Shown piece by piece: positions 28,158 to 38,013 of a DNA stretch of 64,000 nucleotides. Made by a program: the position numbers and the translations under genes. Each line of letters opens with the position of its first letter. The first letter of the stretch is position 1. Under the pieces are notes generated by a model, which ran no database searches, was not told where the DNA came from, and worked only from the letters and a program-made list of their open reading frames with translations. Location: contig WJMG01000075.1 in assembly GCA_014728075.1 (NCBI GenBank), positions 4,262 to 68,261 of the forward strand, in the 5' to 3' direction. This stretch comes from Candidatus Omnitrophota bacterium (GTDB taxonomy: Bacteria; Omnitrophota; Gorgyraeia; Tantalellales; Tantalellaceae).

Positions 28158-29600
28158 TCACATGGAAGGAAGAGCGCTTTCGCCCATAAGGAACCTGTCG
28201 ATATTATAAGCCGCTTTCCGCCCTTCGGATATCGCCCAGACTACAAGCGACTGACCTCTGCGCATATCGCCGGCGGAAAAGACCTTGTCCCTGGATGTCC
28301 TGAAAGAGTCGTCGGTCTTAACATTACCTCTCTCGTCAAGTTCAAGCCCGAGATCGGAAACAAGGCCTCCGTGCTCGGGGTGTACGAAACCTATGGCCAG
28401 GAGGGCCATATCGGCTTCCAGGCGGAATCCGCTTCCCGGAACCTCTTTCATCACCGGGCAGGCCCCTTCTGTTTTTTCGAACTCGACACGAACGCATTCA
28501 AGGGCCGTGAGCTTCCCCCCGGAACCGATAAACTTTTTCGTGAGGACCGACCACTCTCTTTCACTGCCTTCCTCGTGGCTCGAGGATGTCTTAAGGATAA
28601 GGGGGTAAGAAGGCCAGGGGTAGGCGTCCGTCCGGCATTCCTCCGGCCTGGGCATCACCTCTATCTGGACCACACAGGAAGCTCCCTGCCTGTTGGCCGT
28701 CCCGACACAATCGCTGCCCGTGTCCCCGCCGCCTATAACTACAACTTTTTTCCCGGCGGCATCTATGGATTCTTTTTCATCCGGGCCTTCCCCGGAAACA
28801 CGCTTGTTTGACTGGGTGAGGTAATCCATCGCGAAATGAATACCCTCCAGGGCCCTTCCCTCGATATCAAGGTCACGCGGGGTCCTGGACCCTATGGCCA
28901 GACAGACGGCGTCAAAATCATCCAGCAAATCACCGGACCGGTAATCCCTGCCGACCTTAACCGAAGTCCTGAAATCTATCCCTTCCTGCCTGAGAAGATC
29001 AAGCCTTCTTTCAACTATCCGTTTTTCAAGCTTGAAATCGGGTATACCGTATCTCAAAAGCCCGCCCGGCTTATCGTCCTTTTCGAAGACGGTGACGCTG
29101 TGCCCGGCCCTGTTAAGCTGCTGCGCGCACGAAAGGCCGGCGGGCCCCGAACCTACAACGGCGACTTTTTTCCCGGTCCGCTGTCCGGGAGGCTTTGGTT
29201 TGATAATACCTTTCTCGAAAGCGTATTCTATCGCGTCAAGCTCGTTCTCGCGTATAGTTACGGGGTCATCGTTTATCCCCAGGACACAGGAATACTCGCA
29301 CGGGGCGGGGCATATCCTGCCCGTCATCTCAGGAAGGTTGTTGGTAGCGTCCAGGAGCTCGAAAGCCTTATCCCGGCAACCCTCGAAAATAAGGTCGTTC
29401 CATTCCGGTATATAGTTTCCCACCGGGCACGCCCAATGGCAGAAAGGCGTGCCGCAATCCATGCACCTTGCCGCCTGTTCACCGGACTCCTCTCCGCTGC
29501 GCATAATATTGACATACTTGTAATCTTTGACCCTTTCGCACACGGGCCTGTACCCTGCCGTTTTTCTTCCTATTTTCATGAACCCTTTAGGGTCTCCCAT
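28158..29600 (-). CDS. gltD: Glutamate synthase small subunit
   Basis: MGDPKGF start after AGGAG, RCMDCGTPFC, GGGDTGSDC, RRGQSLVVWAI. Confidence 0.96.
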   Translation of the reverse strand: MGDPKGFMKIGRKTAGYRPVCERVKDYKYVNIMRSGEESGEQAARCMDCGTPFCHWACPVGNYIPEWNDLIFEGCRDKAFELLDATNNLPEMTGRICPAPCEYSCVLGINDDPVTIRENELDAIEYAFEKGIIKPKPPGQRTGKKVAVVGSGPAGLSCAQQLNRAGHSVTVFEKDDKPGGLLRYGIPDFKLEKRIVERRLDLLRQEGIDFRTSVKVGRDYRSGDLLDDFDAVCLAIGSRTPRDLDIEGRALEGIHFAMDYLTQSNKRVSGEGPDEKESIDAAGKKVVVIGGGDTGSDCVGTANRQGASCVVQIEVMPRPEECRTDAYPWPSYPLILKTSSSHEEGSEREWSVLTKKFIGSGGKLTALECVRVEFEKTEGACPVMKEVPGSGFRLEADMALLAIGFVHPEHGGLVSDLGLELDERGNVKTDDSFRTSRDKVFSAGDMRRGQSLVVWAISEGRKAAYNIDRFLMGESALPSM

Positions 29601-29620
29601 AACTGCTGCTCCTTCTTGCG

Positions 29621-29757
29621 TGTCATTCCCGCATGCTCTAAGCGGAGGCCGGACAAAAGTATTATTTTGATGGGATCCCCGCTCGACCCCGCTGGCCGAT
29701 TCCCCTCTGGCCGCGGCACTTTCCCGGCAACCTATACCCCCGGTCGCGGGAATGGTA
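29621..29757. repeat. Degenerate palindromic REP-like element
   Basis: TGTCATTCCCGC...GCGGGAATGGTA inverted ends in the gltB-gltD gap. Confidence 0.55.
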
Positions 29758-29778
29758 ATTTCTGTTCCTTCTTTTCCA

Positions 29779-32700
29779 TTATCCGTCAAATGTTTCCGCC
29801 AGGCCCAGTTTTTCCTCCATCTTCCTGGCTTCGAGTACCCGCTTATACTCTATGGGCATTACCTTAACAAAACGCCCGATAGCCTCGTGCATGTTATCCA
29901 GTATTTTTTTCGCTTTCTCGCTTCCCGTGTAATTCAGATGGTTATGCAGAAGATTATGTATGGTCTCCCTGTCCCCTTCTTCAGGTTCCTCCAGATCCAC
30001 CATGTCCATATTGCATTTCGCCGGGAAAGAACCGTCTTCGTCGTAAATGTAGGCTATGCCTCCCGACATCCCGGCACCGAAATTCCTGCCGGTCGGACCT
30101 ATTATGACCGCCCTCCCGCCTGTCATGTATTCGCATCCGTGGTCCCCGACCCCCTCTGCCACGGCGTAAACACCCGAATTCCTGATACAGAACCTTTCTC
30201 CCGCGACGCCTTTTATGTAAGCTTCACCGGAGATAGCCCCGTAAAAGGTCGTGTTCCCTATTATTATGTTCTGTCCGGGATCGTAATCCGATCTTTTCCC
30301 GGGGTAAATTACGATCTTTCCCCCGGACATGCCTTTGCCTACATAATCGTTAGCCAGGCCCTCAAGCTCGAAAGTTATACCTTTAGCCAGCCACGCGCCA
30401 AAACTCTGTCCCGCTTCTCCCCGGAACCTGCAGTGGATAGTACCTTCCGGAAGACCCCGTTCGCCGTGTTCCATACATACGGCACCGGAAAGCATGGCGC
30501 CGGTAGTCCTGTTCACATTCCTTATAGGAAGTTCTATTTCGACCTTCTCCTCGTTCTTCACGGCCTTTTCCGCAAGCGATATAAGCTCCCTGTCGAGCAC
30601 CGAATCGATACAGTGGTCCTGGGCCCTCTCGCACCTGGTCCCCACCTCCGGGGCGACCTGCGGTTTATAAAGTATCCTCGAAAGGTCCAGGCCCCTCGCT
30701 TTTTCGGGGATGATGTCCCTGTTCACTTCAAGAAGGTCGGTTCTTCCTATCAGCTCGTCAAGCTTTCTTATTCCCAGTTCGGCCATTATCTCCCTGAGTT
30801 CCCGTATAACGAAACGCATATAGGTCTCCACATATTCCGGACGGCCCCTGAACCTTTTCTGGAGCAGGTCGTCCTGAGTAGCAACACCCACGGAACAGTT
30901 ATTGAGATTGCAATGCCTCAGCATAACACACCCGACCGTTATAAGCGCGGCGGTACAGAAACCGTACTCTTCGGCGCCGAGCATAGCCGCCACGGCGACA
31001 TCCCTTCCCGTCCTCATCTGGCCATCGGTCTGGAGCCGCACCCGGCTCCTGAGATCGTTCAGGACGAGCGTCTGGTGTGTCTCGGAAAGCCCTAATTCCC
31101 AGGGGAGTCCGGCATGCCGTATGGAGCTCTTGGGCGAGGCGCCGGTTCCGCCGTCCGCGCCGGAAATAAGTATCATGTCGGCGTGTCCTTTGGCCACGCC
31201 CGCGGCGATGGTACCTACGCCCACTTCCGATACGAGCTTAACGCTTATACGCGCGCCCGGATTGGTGTTCTTCAGGTCAAATATCAGCTGGGCCAGGTCT
31301 TCTATGGAATAGATATCGTGATGCGGCGGAGGGGATATGAGAGTAACCCCGGGAGTAGTATACCTGGTCCTGGCTATGACCGCGCTTACTTTATGACCGG
31401 GGAGCTGGCCGCCCTCGCCCGGCTTGGCTCCCTGAGCTATTTTTATCTGCAGTTCGTCCGAATTGACCATATAATTGGTGGTAACACCGAATCTGCCTGA
31501 AGCCACCTGTTTTATCGCGCTTCTGGCCGAATCCCCGTTAGGCATGGGAACGAACCTCGCGGGATCCTCCCCGCCTTCTCCCGTATTGGATCTGCCTCCG
31601 AGGCGGTTCATCGCTATTGCCAGCGATTCGTGAGCTCCCCTGGATATGGACCCGAAGCTCATCGCGCCCGTGGCGAACCTCTTCACTATTTCTCCCTCGG
31701 GCTCGACCTCTTCCAGGGGCACCGGCGTGTTCTTTCTGAACTTCAGCAAGCTTCTCAGCGTAACGGGCGTATCGGACTGGTCGTTTATCATTTCGGAGAA
31801 AGACCTGTATTTCCGATAATCGGAGTTCCAGACCGCGTCCTGCAGTGCCGCTATCGACTCAGGGTTCCATAGATGTTTTTCCCCGTCCTTTTTCCACTGA
31901 TATATGCCTCCCGTGACAAGATTGTCCGTTTTGAGCGTTTCCACTTCAGGAAAAGCTTCCTTGTGCCTGCTCAGCGTTTCCCGCGCTATCGTGTCGATAT
32001 CCGCTCCGCCTATCCTCGAAGGGGTTCCCGTAAAACATCTGTCGACAACCTCCTCCCCAAGGCCAATAGCCTCGAATATCTGCGCCCCCCTGTAGCTTTT
32101 AAGCGTAGATATGCCCATCTTGGAAAGTATTTTCATTATACCCTTGTTGACCGCCTTACGGTAATTCAAGTGCGCGGTCCCTGCATCGGAACGCAGCCTC
32201 TTTTCCCCGACAAGTTCCGAAACGGCCTTTAGCGCGAGATAAGGGTTCACGCAATCCGCCCCGTAACCGAAAAGAAGGGCGAAATGATGCACTTCCCTGG
32301 GTTCTCCGCTTTCTACGATAAGACCAATCCTGGAGCGAAGGGCCTTTTTAACGAGGAACTGGTGAACGGCCCCGGCGGCCAGAAGCGCGGGAAGGGCGGC
32401 ATGCTCCCTGTCGACGCCCCTGTCGCTTAAAATGACGAAACTATAGCCGTCCTCGATGGCTTTTTCCGCGTCAAGGCATACCCTGTCGAGAGCCTGTTTG
32501 AAAGCTTTTTTATCAGAGGCGTTGAACAGGGTGGATATTGTGGCTGTTCTGAACCCTTTTTCGTCTATCCCCCTGATCTTTTCAAGCTCGTGGTCCATAA
32601 GCACAGGCTCTTTTATCCTGAGTTTATGGGCGTGTTCCGGCGTTTCCCCCAGTATGTTCTTCTGTGACCCCACATAACTTTCCAGGCTCATCACGACCTC

Positions 32701-34311
32701 TTCCCTTATGGGATCTATGGCGGGATTGGTAACCTGGGCGAAAAGCTGCTTGAAATAATTATAGAGGACCTGCGAATGTTTCGAAAGTATCGCGTGAGGC
32801 GTATCGTTCCCCATCGCGCCGATAGGCTCTTTACCTTCCCTGGCCATAGGGACTATTATCTCTTTAAGGTCTTCCCGGGAATACCCGAACGACTTGAGCA
32901 GTGAAGTCACCTCCTCTTTCTCTTCTTTGGCCGGCCCACCGGAGGACAGGTCATCCATTTCAACAAGATTGTCCCTGACCCACCTGCCGTAATCCTGCCG
33001 CCCGCAGACATCTTTCTTTACATCTTTGTCCTCTATTATCTTTCCGGCTTCGGTATCGATAAAAAATATCTTTCCGGGTTCGAGCCTGCCCGACTTGAGT
33101 ATGTCGGCGGGATCGATATCCAGCACTCCCACCTCGGAAGCCATTACGACGGTATCGTCCTTGGTAACTATGTACCGGGCGGGTCTAAGACCGTTACGGT
33201 CGAGCACGGCGCCTATCCTGGTGCCGTCCGTAGCGGCGATGGCCGCCGGTCCGTCCCATGGTTCCATGAAACAGGAATGGAATTTATAAAAATCCCTTAG
33301 CTCCTTATCCATGAGATCATTATGCTCCCAGGCGCCGGGAACGAGCATCAGCATGACATGGGGCAGGGACCTTCCTGAAAGCTCCAGGAGCTCGAAAACA
33401 TTATCTATCGTGGCGGAATCACTGCCGCCTTCGACTATAACGGGTTTTATCTTCTCCAGGTCCCGTCCGAAATCGCCGCTTTCGAGAAGCCCTTCGCGGG
33501 CGCGCATCCAGTTTATGTTGCCCCTTAAAGTGTTTATCTCTCCGTTATGGGCAAGAAAGCGGAAAGGCTGGGCGAGGTCCCATGTAGGGAAAGTGTTCGT
33601 ACTGTACCGGGAGTGCACAAGAGCCAGGGACGAAACGACATCTTTCTCCCTGAGGTCGACAAAGTAATCTTTTACCTGATGCGGCATCAGCAGACCCTTG
33701 TAGCTCAATGTCCTGGAAGAAAGATTGGTTATGTAGAAAAAGGACTTCTGTTCAATAGTCGAAGCCTTAACCTGTTTTTCAGCTATCCTCCTGATAACAT
33801 AAAGCTTCCGTTCGAAGTCCATTATCGCGTTTACCGACCCGCCCGCTTTTATGATAGGCTGTTTGATGACCGGCTGGGTCTCGAGGGCGCCTTTGCCTAT
33901 GATCGAATCGTCCACGGGAACTTCTCTCCAGCCCAGAAATTCCTGTCCTTCTTCCTTTACGGCCTTTTCCAGGGTTTTCTCGCAAAAATCCCTGTCTTCC
34001 GGCTCTTCCGGAAGGAAAACAAGCCCGGTCCCGTATTCCCCCGCCGCAGGAAGCTCTATTCCCAGCGTTTTGACGGACCTTCGAAGAAAAGCGTCCGGCA
34101 TCTGTATAAGTATCCCCGCGCCGTCACCGGTCTCGGGATCAGCGCCTACCGCCCCTCTGTGGCTCATGTGCTCAAGGACATTTATGGCTTTGCTGATTAT
34201 GTCGTAAGACCTCTCTCCTTTTACATTGCAGACAAACCCTACACCGCAGCTGTCGTGCTCGAAAAAAGGGTCGTAAAGGCCCTGTTTCGGAGGTAAATGC
34301 TTAAATCCCAT
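29779..34311 (-). CDS. gltB: Glutamate synthase large subunit
   Basis: EHDSCGVGF, HNGEINT, KQVASGRFGV, GAKPGEGGQL, [3Fe-4S] cysteines. Confidence 0.98.
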   Translation of the reverse strand: MGFKHLPPKQGLYDPFFEHDSCGVGFVCNVKGERSYDIISKAINVLEHMSHRGAVGADPETGDGAGILIQMPDAFLRRSVKTLGIELPAAGEYGTGLVFLPEEPEDRDFCEKTLEKAVKEEGQEFLGWREVPVDDSIIGKGALETQPVIKQPIIKAGGSVNAIMDFERKLYVIRRIAEKQVKASTIEQKSFFYITNLSSRTLSYKGLLMPHQVKDYFVDLREKDVVSSLALVHSRYSTNTFPTWDLAQPFRFLAHNGEINTLRGNINWMRAREGLLESGDFGRDLEKIKPVIVEGGSDSATIDNVFELLELSGRSLPHVMLMLVPGAWEHNDLMDKELRDFYKFHSCFMEPWDGPAAIAATDGTRIGAVLDRNGLRPARYIVTKDDTVVMASEVGVLDIDPADILKSGRLEPGKIFFIDTEAGKIIEDKDVKKDVCGRQDYGRWVRDNLVEMDDLSSGGPAKEEKEEVTSLLKSFGYSREDLKEIIVPMAREGKEPIGAMGNDTPHAILSKHSQVLYNYFKQLFAQVTNPAIDPIREEVVMSLESYVGSQKNILGETPEHAHKLRIKEPVLMDHELEKIRGIDEKGFRTATISTLFNASDKKAFKQALDRVCLDAEKAIEDGYSFVILSDRGVDREHAALPALLAAGAVHQFLVKKALRSRIGLIVESGEPREVHHFALLFGYGADCVNPYLALKAVSELVGEKRLRSDAGTAHLNYRKAVNKGIMKILSKMGISTLKSYRGAQIFEAIGLGEEVVDRCFTGTPSRIGGADIDTIARETLSRHKEAFPEVETLKTDNLVTGGIYQWKKDGEKHLWNPESIAALQDAVWNSDYRKYRSFSEMINDQSDTPVTLRSLLKFRKNTPVPLEEVEPEGEIVKRFATGAMSFGSISRGAHESLAIAMNRLGGRSNTGEGGEDPARFVPMPNGDSARSAIKQVASGRFGVTTNYMVNSDELQIKIAQGAKPGEGGQLPGHKVSAVIARTRYTTPGVTLISPPPHHDIYSIEDLAQLIFDLKNTNPGARISVKLVSEVGVGTIAAGVAKGHADMILISGADGGTGASPKSSIRHAGLPWELGLSETHQTLVLNDLRSRVRLQTDGQMRTGRDVAVAAMLGAEEYGFCTAALITVGCVMLRHCNLNNCSVGVATQDDLLQKRFRGRPEYVETYMRFVIRELREIMAELGIRKLDELIGRTDLLEVNRDIIPEKARGLDLSRILYKPQVAPEVGTRCERAQDHCIDSVLDRELISLAEKAVKNEEKVEIELPIRNVNRTTGAMLSGAVCMEHGERGLPEGTIHCRFRGEAGQSFGAWLAKGITFELEGLANDYVGKGMSGGKIVIYPGKRSDYDPGQNIIIGNTTFYGAISGEAYIKGVAGERFCIRNSGVYAVAEGVGDHGCEYMTGGRAVIIGPTGRNFGAGMSGGIAYIYDEDGSFPAKCNMDMVDLEEPEEGDRETIHNLLHNHLNYTGSEKAKKILDNMHEAIGRFVKVMPIEYKRVLEARKMEEKLGLAETFDG

Positions 34312-34328
34312 CGGTCACCTTTTCCGGT

Positions 34329-34550
34329 TCAAATTCTGTACTTTTTGACATCTATCCCGAGCTTCCGTATCTTCAGCCTGAGAGTATTCCTGTTTATTCC
34401 CAGAAGCTTCGCGGCGATCGACTGGTTGCCGAAAGCCCTTTTCAGGGCTTTTTCAATAAGCAGTTTTTCAGTACCGCTGATCACCCTGTCGTAAACGCAT
34501 CCCGTATCCGCCGCCGAAAAAACCTCATCGATATTAATATCTTCCCTCAT
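34329..34550 (-). CDS. Stand-alone Fis-type HTH protein
   Basis: EKLLIEKAL..GNQSIAAKLLGINRNTLR; 73 aa. Confidence 0.88.
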   Translation of the reverse strand: MREDINIDEVFSAADTGCVYDRVISGTEKLLIEKALKRAFGNQSIAAKLLGINRNTLRLKIRKLGIDVKKYRI

Positions 34551-34632
34551 AACGCTCTCCTGGAATTAGGTTAGTGTTGAACGGTATTTCCAGGACTCCG
34601 CGAACAGGTCTTTTGTATTTCGCCCTTGAAAT

Positions 34633-34816
34633 AAAAAAAGCCTTACCAAGCGTCGGAGCTTGATAAGGCGTCTTTGCCTTAAAGCGAAGTCTTACAGACC
34701 TTTATGAAGCCTAAAAACTCATCGATGAGCATCGGAACTCCCGGGACCGCCCGGTCCCCGGTTCGGTACAGCTTCACTCAGGTGCCCATTCTACCATTCA
34801 TAAATACATATGTCAA
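34633..34816 (-). promoter_or_regulatory. sigma70 promoter + ANTAR-type hairpins + terminator (fis-gltBD leader)
   Basis: TTGACA-N17-TAGAAT; GCTC-ATCGAT-GAGT (34717-34730); AGGC-AAAGAC-GCCT (34666-34679) overlapping terminator GCCTTATCAAGC..GCTTGGTAAGGC-T7. Confidence 0.75.
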
Positions 34817-34851
34817 TATGTAAATCCGGCGGTTTTTGAGCCTTTTTAGGC

Positions 34852-35571
34852 TTATAATCGCTCATTTTCCGACCGGTATCGCATTATGTTCTCGAAGTTA
34901 CGGCATATCCTATAGGCCTCATTTTCAAGAGTTTTTCTGAAGTTTTTCTCATCTTCAAGTAATTTTCCGGCCTTTTCAGAGTATTCCTTTCCCTCTTCGG
35001 AATATTCCTTTATCCACCTTTTCACCATCTCCGAAGTAACCTCGAAATGAAATTGAAGCCCGTAGGCATGATCTCCGATCCGGAAGGCCTGGTTGGGACA
35101 GAGCTCTCCGGCAGCGAGGGCCTCCCCATCAGGCGGAATATCGAAAGTATCCTCGTGCCACTGAAAGACCCTCATCACCTCTCCCATTCCGCTGAAAAGA
35201 GGGTCTTCTCTGCCCTTTTCGGTCAATTCCGCGGTATAATAGCCTATCTCGGGTACAGGAGACCTTTTTACGGCCGCGCCGAAAGTTTTTGCCAGCAGCT
35301 GTGCCCCGAGACAGATGCCCATAAACGGTATTCCGCGGTCCGCGGCTTTTCGGATGAACTTACACTCTTCGGACAGGTAAGGGTATTTTCCCTCTTCGTA
35401 AACATTCATGGGCCCTCCGAGGACGATAATACCGTCAGTGCCTTCGGGACTTTGCGGCAGCCTGTCTCCCTGATAAAGGTCTATTGTCACGGAGGGATGA
35501 TCCGCGTTATCGAAAAAGTCCCCTATAAGCCCCGGGCCCTCAATGGAAATGTTCTTTATGTAAATTATCAT
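34852..35571 (-). CDS. Class I glutamine amidotransferase-like protein
   Basis: LGGPM, GICLGAQ, QWHEDTF, QFHFE triad. Confidence 0.9.
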   Translation of the reverse strand: MIIYIKNISIEGPGLIGDFFDNADHPSVTIDLYQGDRLPQSPEGTDGIIVLGGPMNVYEEGKYPYLSEECKFIRKAADRGIPFMGICLGAQLLAKTFGAAVKRSPVPEIGYYTAELTEKGREDPLFSGMGEVMRVFQWHEDTFDIPPDGEALAAGELCPNQAFRIGDHAYGLQFHFEVTSEMVKRWIKEYSEEGKEYSEKAGKLLEDEKNFRKTLENEAYRICRNFENIMRYRSENERL

Positions 35572-35672
35572 ATGGCCCTTCTAACGGCCGCAGGCCACTG
35601 ACAGCAGACAACATATTTTCATACGCGGTCCTTTGTCGGTGGCCCGTTGCCGGCGGATCTTCTTCTATATTA

Positions 35673-36014
35673 CTACCCTATCGCCTCGTGCCCGGTCTCT
35701 CCGGTCCGTATGCGGATGCAATCGGCGAGATCCAGGACGAGTATCTTCCCGTCCCCTATATTTCCGGTCCTCGCTCCTTTTACGATAGCGTCTATAGTAG
35801 GCTGGACGAACTCCTTGTTCACCGCTATCTCAAGCCTTATCTTCTTGAGAAGGTTCACTTCGTGGACCACGCCCCTGTATGTCTCGGTAAAACCTTTCTG
35901 CTGGCCGCAACCGAGCGCGTTAGTAACTGTCATCTTATGTATGTCCGCCTCAAAAAGCGCTTTTTTGACATCGGGCAGCTTGTGAGGCTGTATCATCGCT
36001 ACTATCAACTTCAT
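35673..36014 (-). CDS. glnK: P-II nitrogen regulatory protein
   Basis: [27 protein letters not shown]; downstream of amtB. Confidence 0.95.
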   Translation of the reverse strand: MKLIVAMIQPHKLPDVKKALFEADIHKMTVTNALGCGQQKGFTETYRGVVHEVNLLKKIRLEIAVNKEFVQPTIDAIVKGARTGNIGDGKILVLDLADCIRIRTGETGHEAIG

Positions 36015-36091
36015 GGCGATCACTCCTTGTTCAGTTATTAGTTAAGAGCCTCCGGACCGGACCGGTTCTTTCTCCGGACCCGTACTCTGAA

Positions 36092-37438
36092 CTACTGCGT
36101 TGTAAAGATCTGGAAACCCGAATACGCCTCCATGCCGTGTTCGGTTATGTCCAGGCCTTTGAGTTCTTCTTCCCTCGAGACCCTGAGCCCGATAACCGCG
36201 TTGATGGTCTTGAAAACAACTGTCATGGCTACCAGGACGAACGCTACTACGGCAAAAGCGCCGAGCGCCTGTATGCCGAGCTGTTCAAATCCCCCTCCGT
36301 GCAATAGGCCGTCACGGGCAAGCCCCAGAGCTTTACGCCCGAATATACCTACGGCGAGGGTCCCCCAGATACCGTTGACCATATGCACGGGGACAGCGCC
36401 TACCGGATCGTCTATCTGGACCCTGTCAAGGAACAAGGTCGCGGCTACTACCAGTATACCCCCGATGGCCCCTATCAGAAGAGCTTCGGCAGGTATGACA
36501 TACGCGCATGGCGCCGTTATGGCCACAAGGCCGGCCAGAGCGCCGTTCATGGTCATGGTCAGATCGGGCTTTCCGCACTTTTTCCAGGCGTAGAACATTG
36601 CCACGAGAGCTCCGCTGACGGCCGAAAGGTTCGTGTTAACGGCAACCTTGGCTATAAGGCTTCCGTCACCGACAGCAAGCGTGGATCCCGGGTTGAACCC
36701 GAACCAGGCAAACCACAGTATAAGGGCTCCCAGCGAGGCCAGGGCCATGGAATGCCCTTCTATGGCATTGGCCGAACCGTCCTTATTGTATTTACCTATT
36801 CTCGGGCCCAGCACCATGGTCCCTACCAGCGCGGCCGTGCCGCCGACGGCGTGTACCACCGCGGATCCCGCGAAATCGCCGAAACCCAGCCCGGCGAGCC
36901 AGCCGCCGCCCCAGACCCAGTGGCCTACGAAGGGGTACACGGCAGCCGATATAATGAAAGAATACATGAGATACGCTTTGAACTTCATCCTTCCCGCGAT
37001 GCCTCCCGCGACTATGGTCGCGGCCGCTCCGCAAAATACGGCGTGGAAGAACCAGGTAGCCTCAAGCGGAAGCGCGCCTTCGTGTGCGGCGTTTATGAGC
37101 ATCCATCCTTCCCAGCCCATGAAACCGTTTCCCTTGCCGAACATTATGGCGTACCCGAACATGAAAAATCCCATTGAAGCCATGCAGAAGTCCAGAAAGT
37201 TGTTCATCAGGACATTACATACATTCTTCGTCCTCAACAGACCCGCTTCAAGCATACCGAAACCGGCCTGCATGATAAAGACCATAAAGGCCGCTATCAT
37301 CACCCAAAGGGTATCGATACCGGTAGTAGTGGCATACTTTTCCGTTCCCTCGGCCAGGGCGGGCCCGGCGAGAAAGCCGAACGCGAAAGCGGCAGAGGCG
37401 GCAGCGAATACCGTTCTTCTTAACCATCCCCTCTTCAT
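36092..37438 (-). CDS. amtB: Ammonium transporter
   Basis: QAGF, DFAGSAVVH, WFGFN, DDPVGAVPVH twin-His. Confidence 0.97.
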   Translation of the reverse strand: MKRGWLRRTVFAAASAAFAFGFLAGPALAEGTEKYATTTGIDTLWVMIAAFMVFIMQAGFGMLEAGLLRTKNVCNVLMNNFLDFCMASMGFFMFGYAIMFGKGNGFMGWEGWMLINAAHEGALPLEATWFFHAVFCGAAATIVAGGIAGRMKFKAYLMYSFIISAAVYPFVGHWVWGGGWLAGLGFGDFAGSAVVHAVGGTAALVGTMVLGPRIGKYNKDGSANAIEGHSMALASLGALILWFAWFGFNPGSTLAVGDGSLIAKVAVNTNLSAVSGALVAMFYAWKKCGKPDLTMTMNGALAGLVAITAPCAYVIPAEALLIGAIGGILVVAATLFLDRVQIDDPVGAVPVHMVNGIWGTLAVGIFGRKALGLARDGLLHGGGFEQLGIQALGAFAVVAFVLVAMTVVFKTINAVIGLRVSREEELKGLDITEHGMEAYSGFQIFTTQ

Positions 37439-37458
37439 CTCTCTCCTCCTTTTCGGTT

Positions 37459-37582
37459 AAAAAAGATAAGGCGCCTTCCGGCCTACACGGCCAAAAGACG
37501 CCTTCGTCGTTACCATTACCCGTAATATCGCGCACATCACTGTGCTTGATAATACAAGTAAACCGGGGATGGTTATGGTAAC
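37459..37582 (-). promoter_or_regulatory. Alternative-sigma-like promoter + dual ANTAR hairpin + terminator (amtB leader)
   Basis: GTTACC-N14-TTTACTTGTATTATC; GCAC-AGTGAT-GTGC (37532-37545); GAC-GAAGGC-GTC (37497-37508) overlapping terminator. Confidence 0.8.
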
Positions 37583-37659
37583 TTTTATTTAAGGTTTGTT
37601 CGTAAAGGAGACCGGAACAGCCCGGAACTATACCCCGTTCTCTTTATCCGATACTCTTT

Positions 37660-38001
37660 TTAACCTATCGCCTCACTTCCCGTCTCCCCTGTCCTTATCC
37701 TTACACATTCCGCGAGATCCATAACAAAGATCTTCCCGTCTCCTATATTGCCCGTCCTCGCCCCTTTTACGATAGCGTCTATAGTGGGCTGGACGAAGTC
37801 CTTGTTAACCGCTATCTCCAGCCTTATCTTCTTGAGAAGGTTCACTTCGTGGACCACGCCCCTGTATGTCTCGGTAAAACCCTTCTGCTGGCCGCAGCCG
37901 AGGGCGTTGGTGACCGTCATCTTGAAGACCTCGGCCTCGTACAAAGCCTTCTTAACATCGGGCAGTTTGTGCGGCTGTATCATCGCTACTATAAGTTTCA
38001 T
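37660..38001 (-). CDS. glnK: P-II nitrogen regulatory protein (second copy)
   Basis: Near-identical to 35673-36014; downstream of second amtB. Confidence 0.95.
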   Translation of the reverse strand: MKLIVAMIQPHKLPDVKKALYEAEVFKMTVTNALGCGQQKGFTETYRGVVHEVNLLKKIRLEIAVNKDFVQPTIDAIVKGARTGNIGDGKIFVMDLAECVRIRTGETGSEAIG

Positions 38002-38013
38002 GACCACCCTCCT

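Noticed and set aside
29601-29789. N-terminal extension of GltD
   Set aside because: Derives from the palindromic insert; the canonical MGDPKGF start has its own RBS
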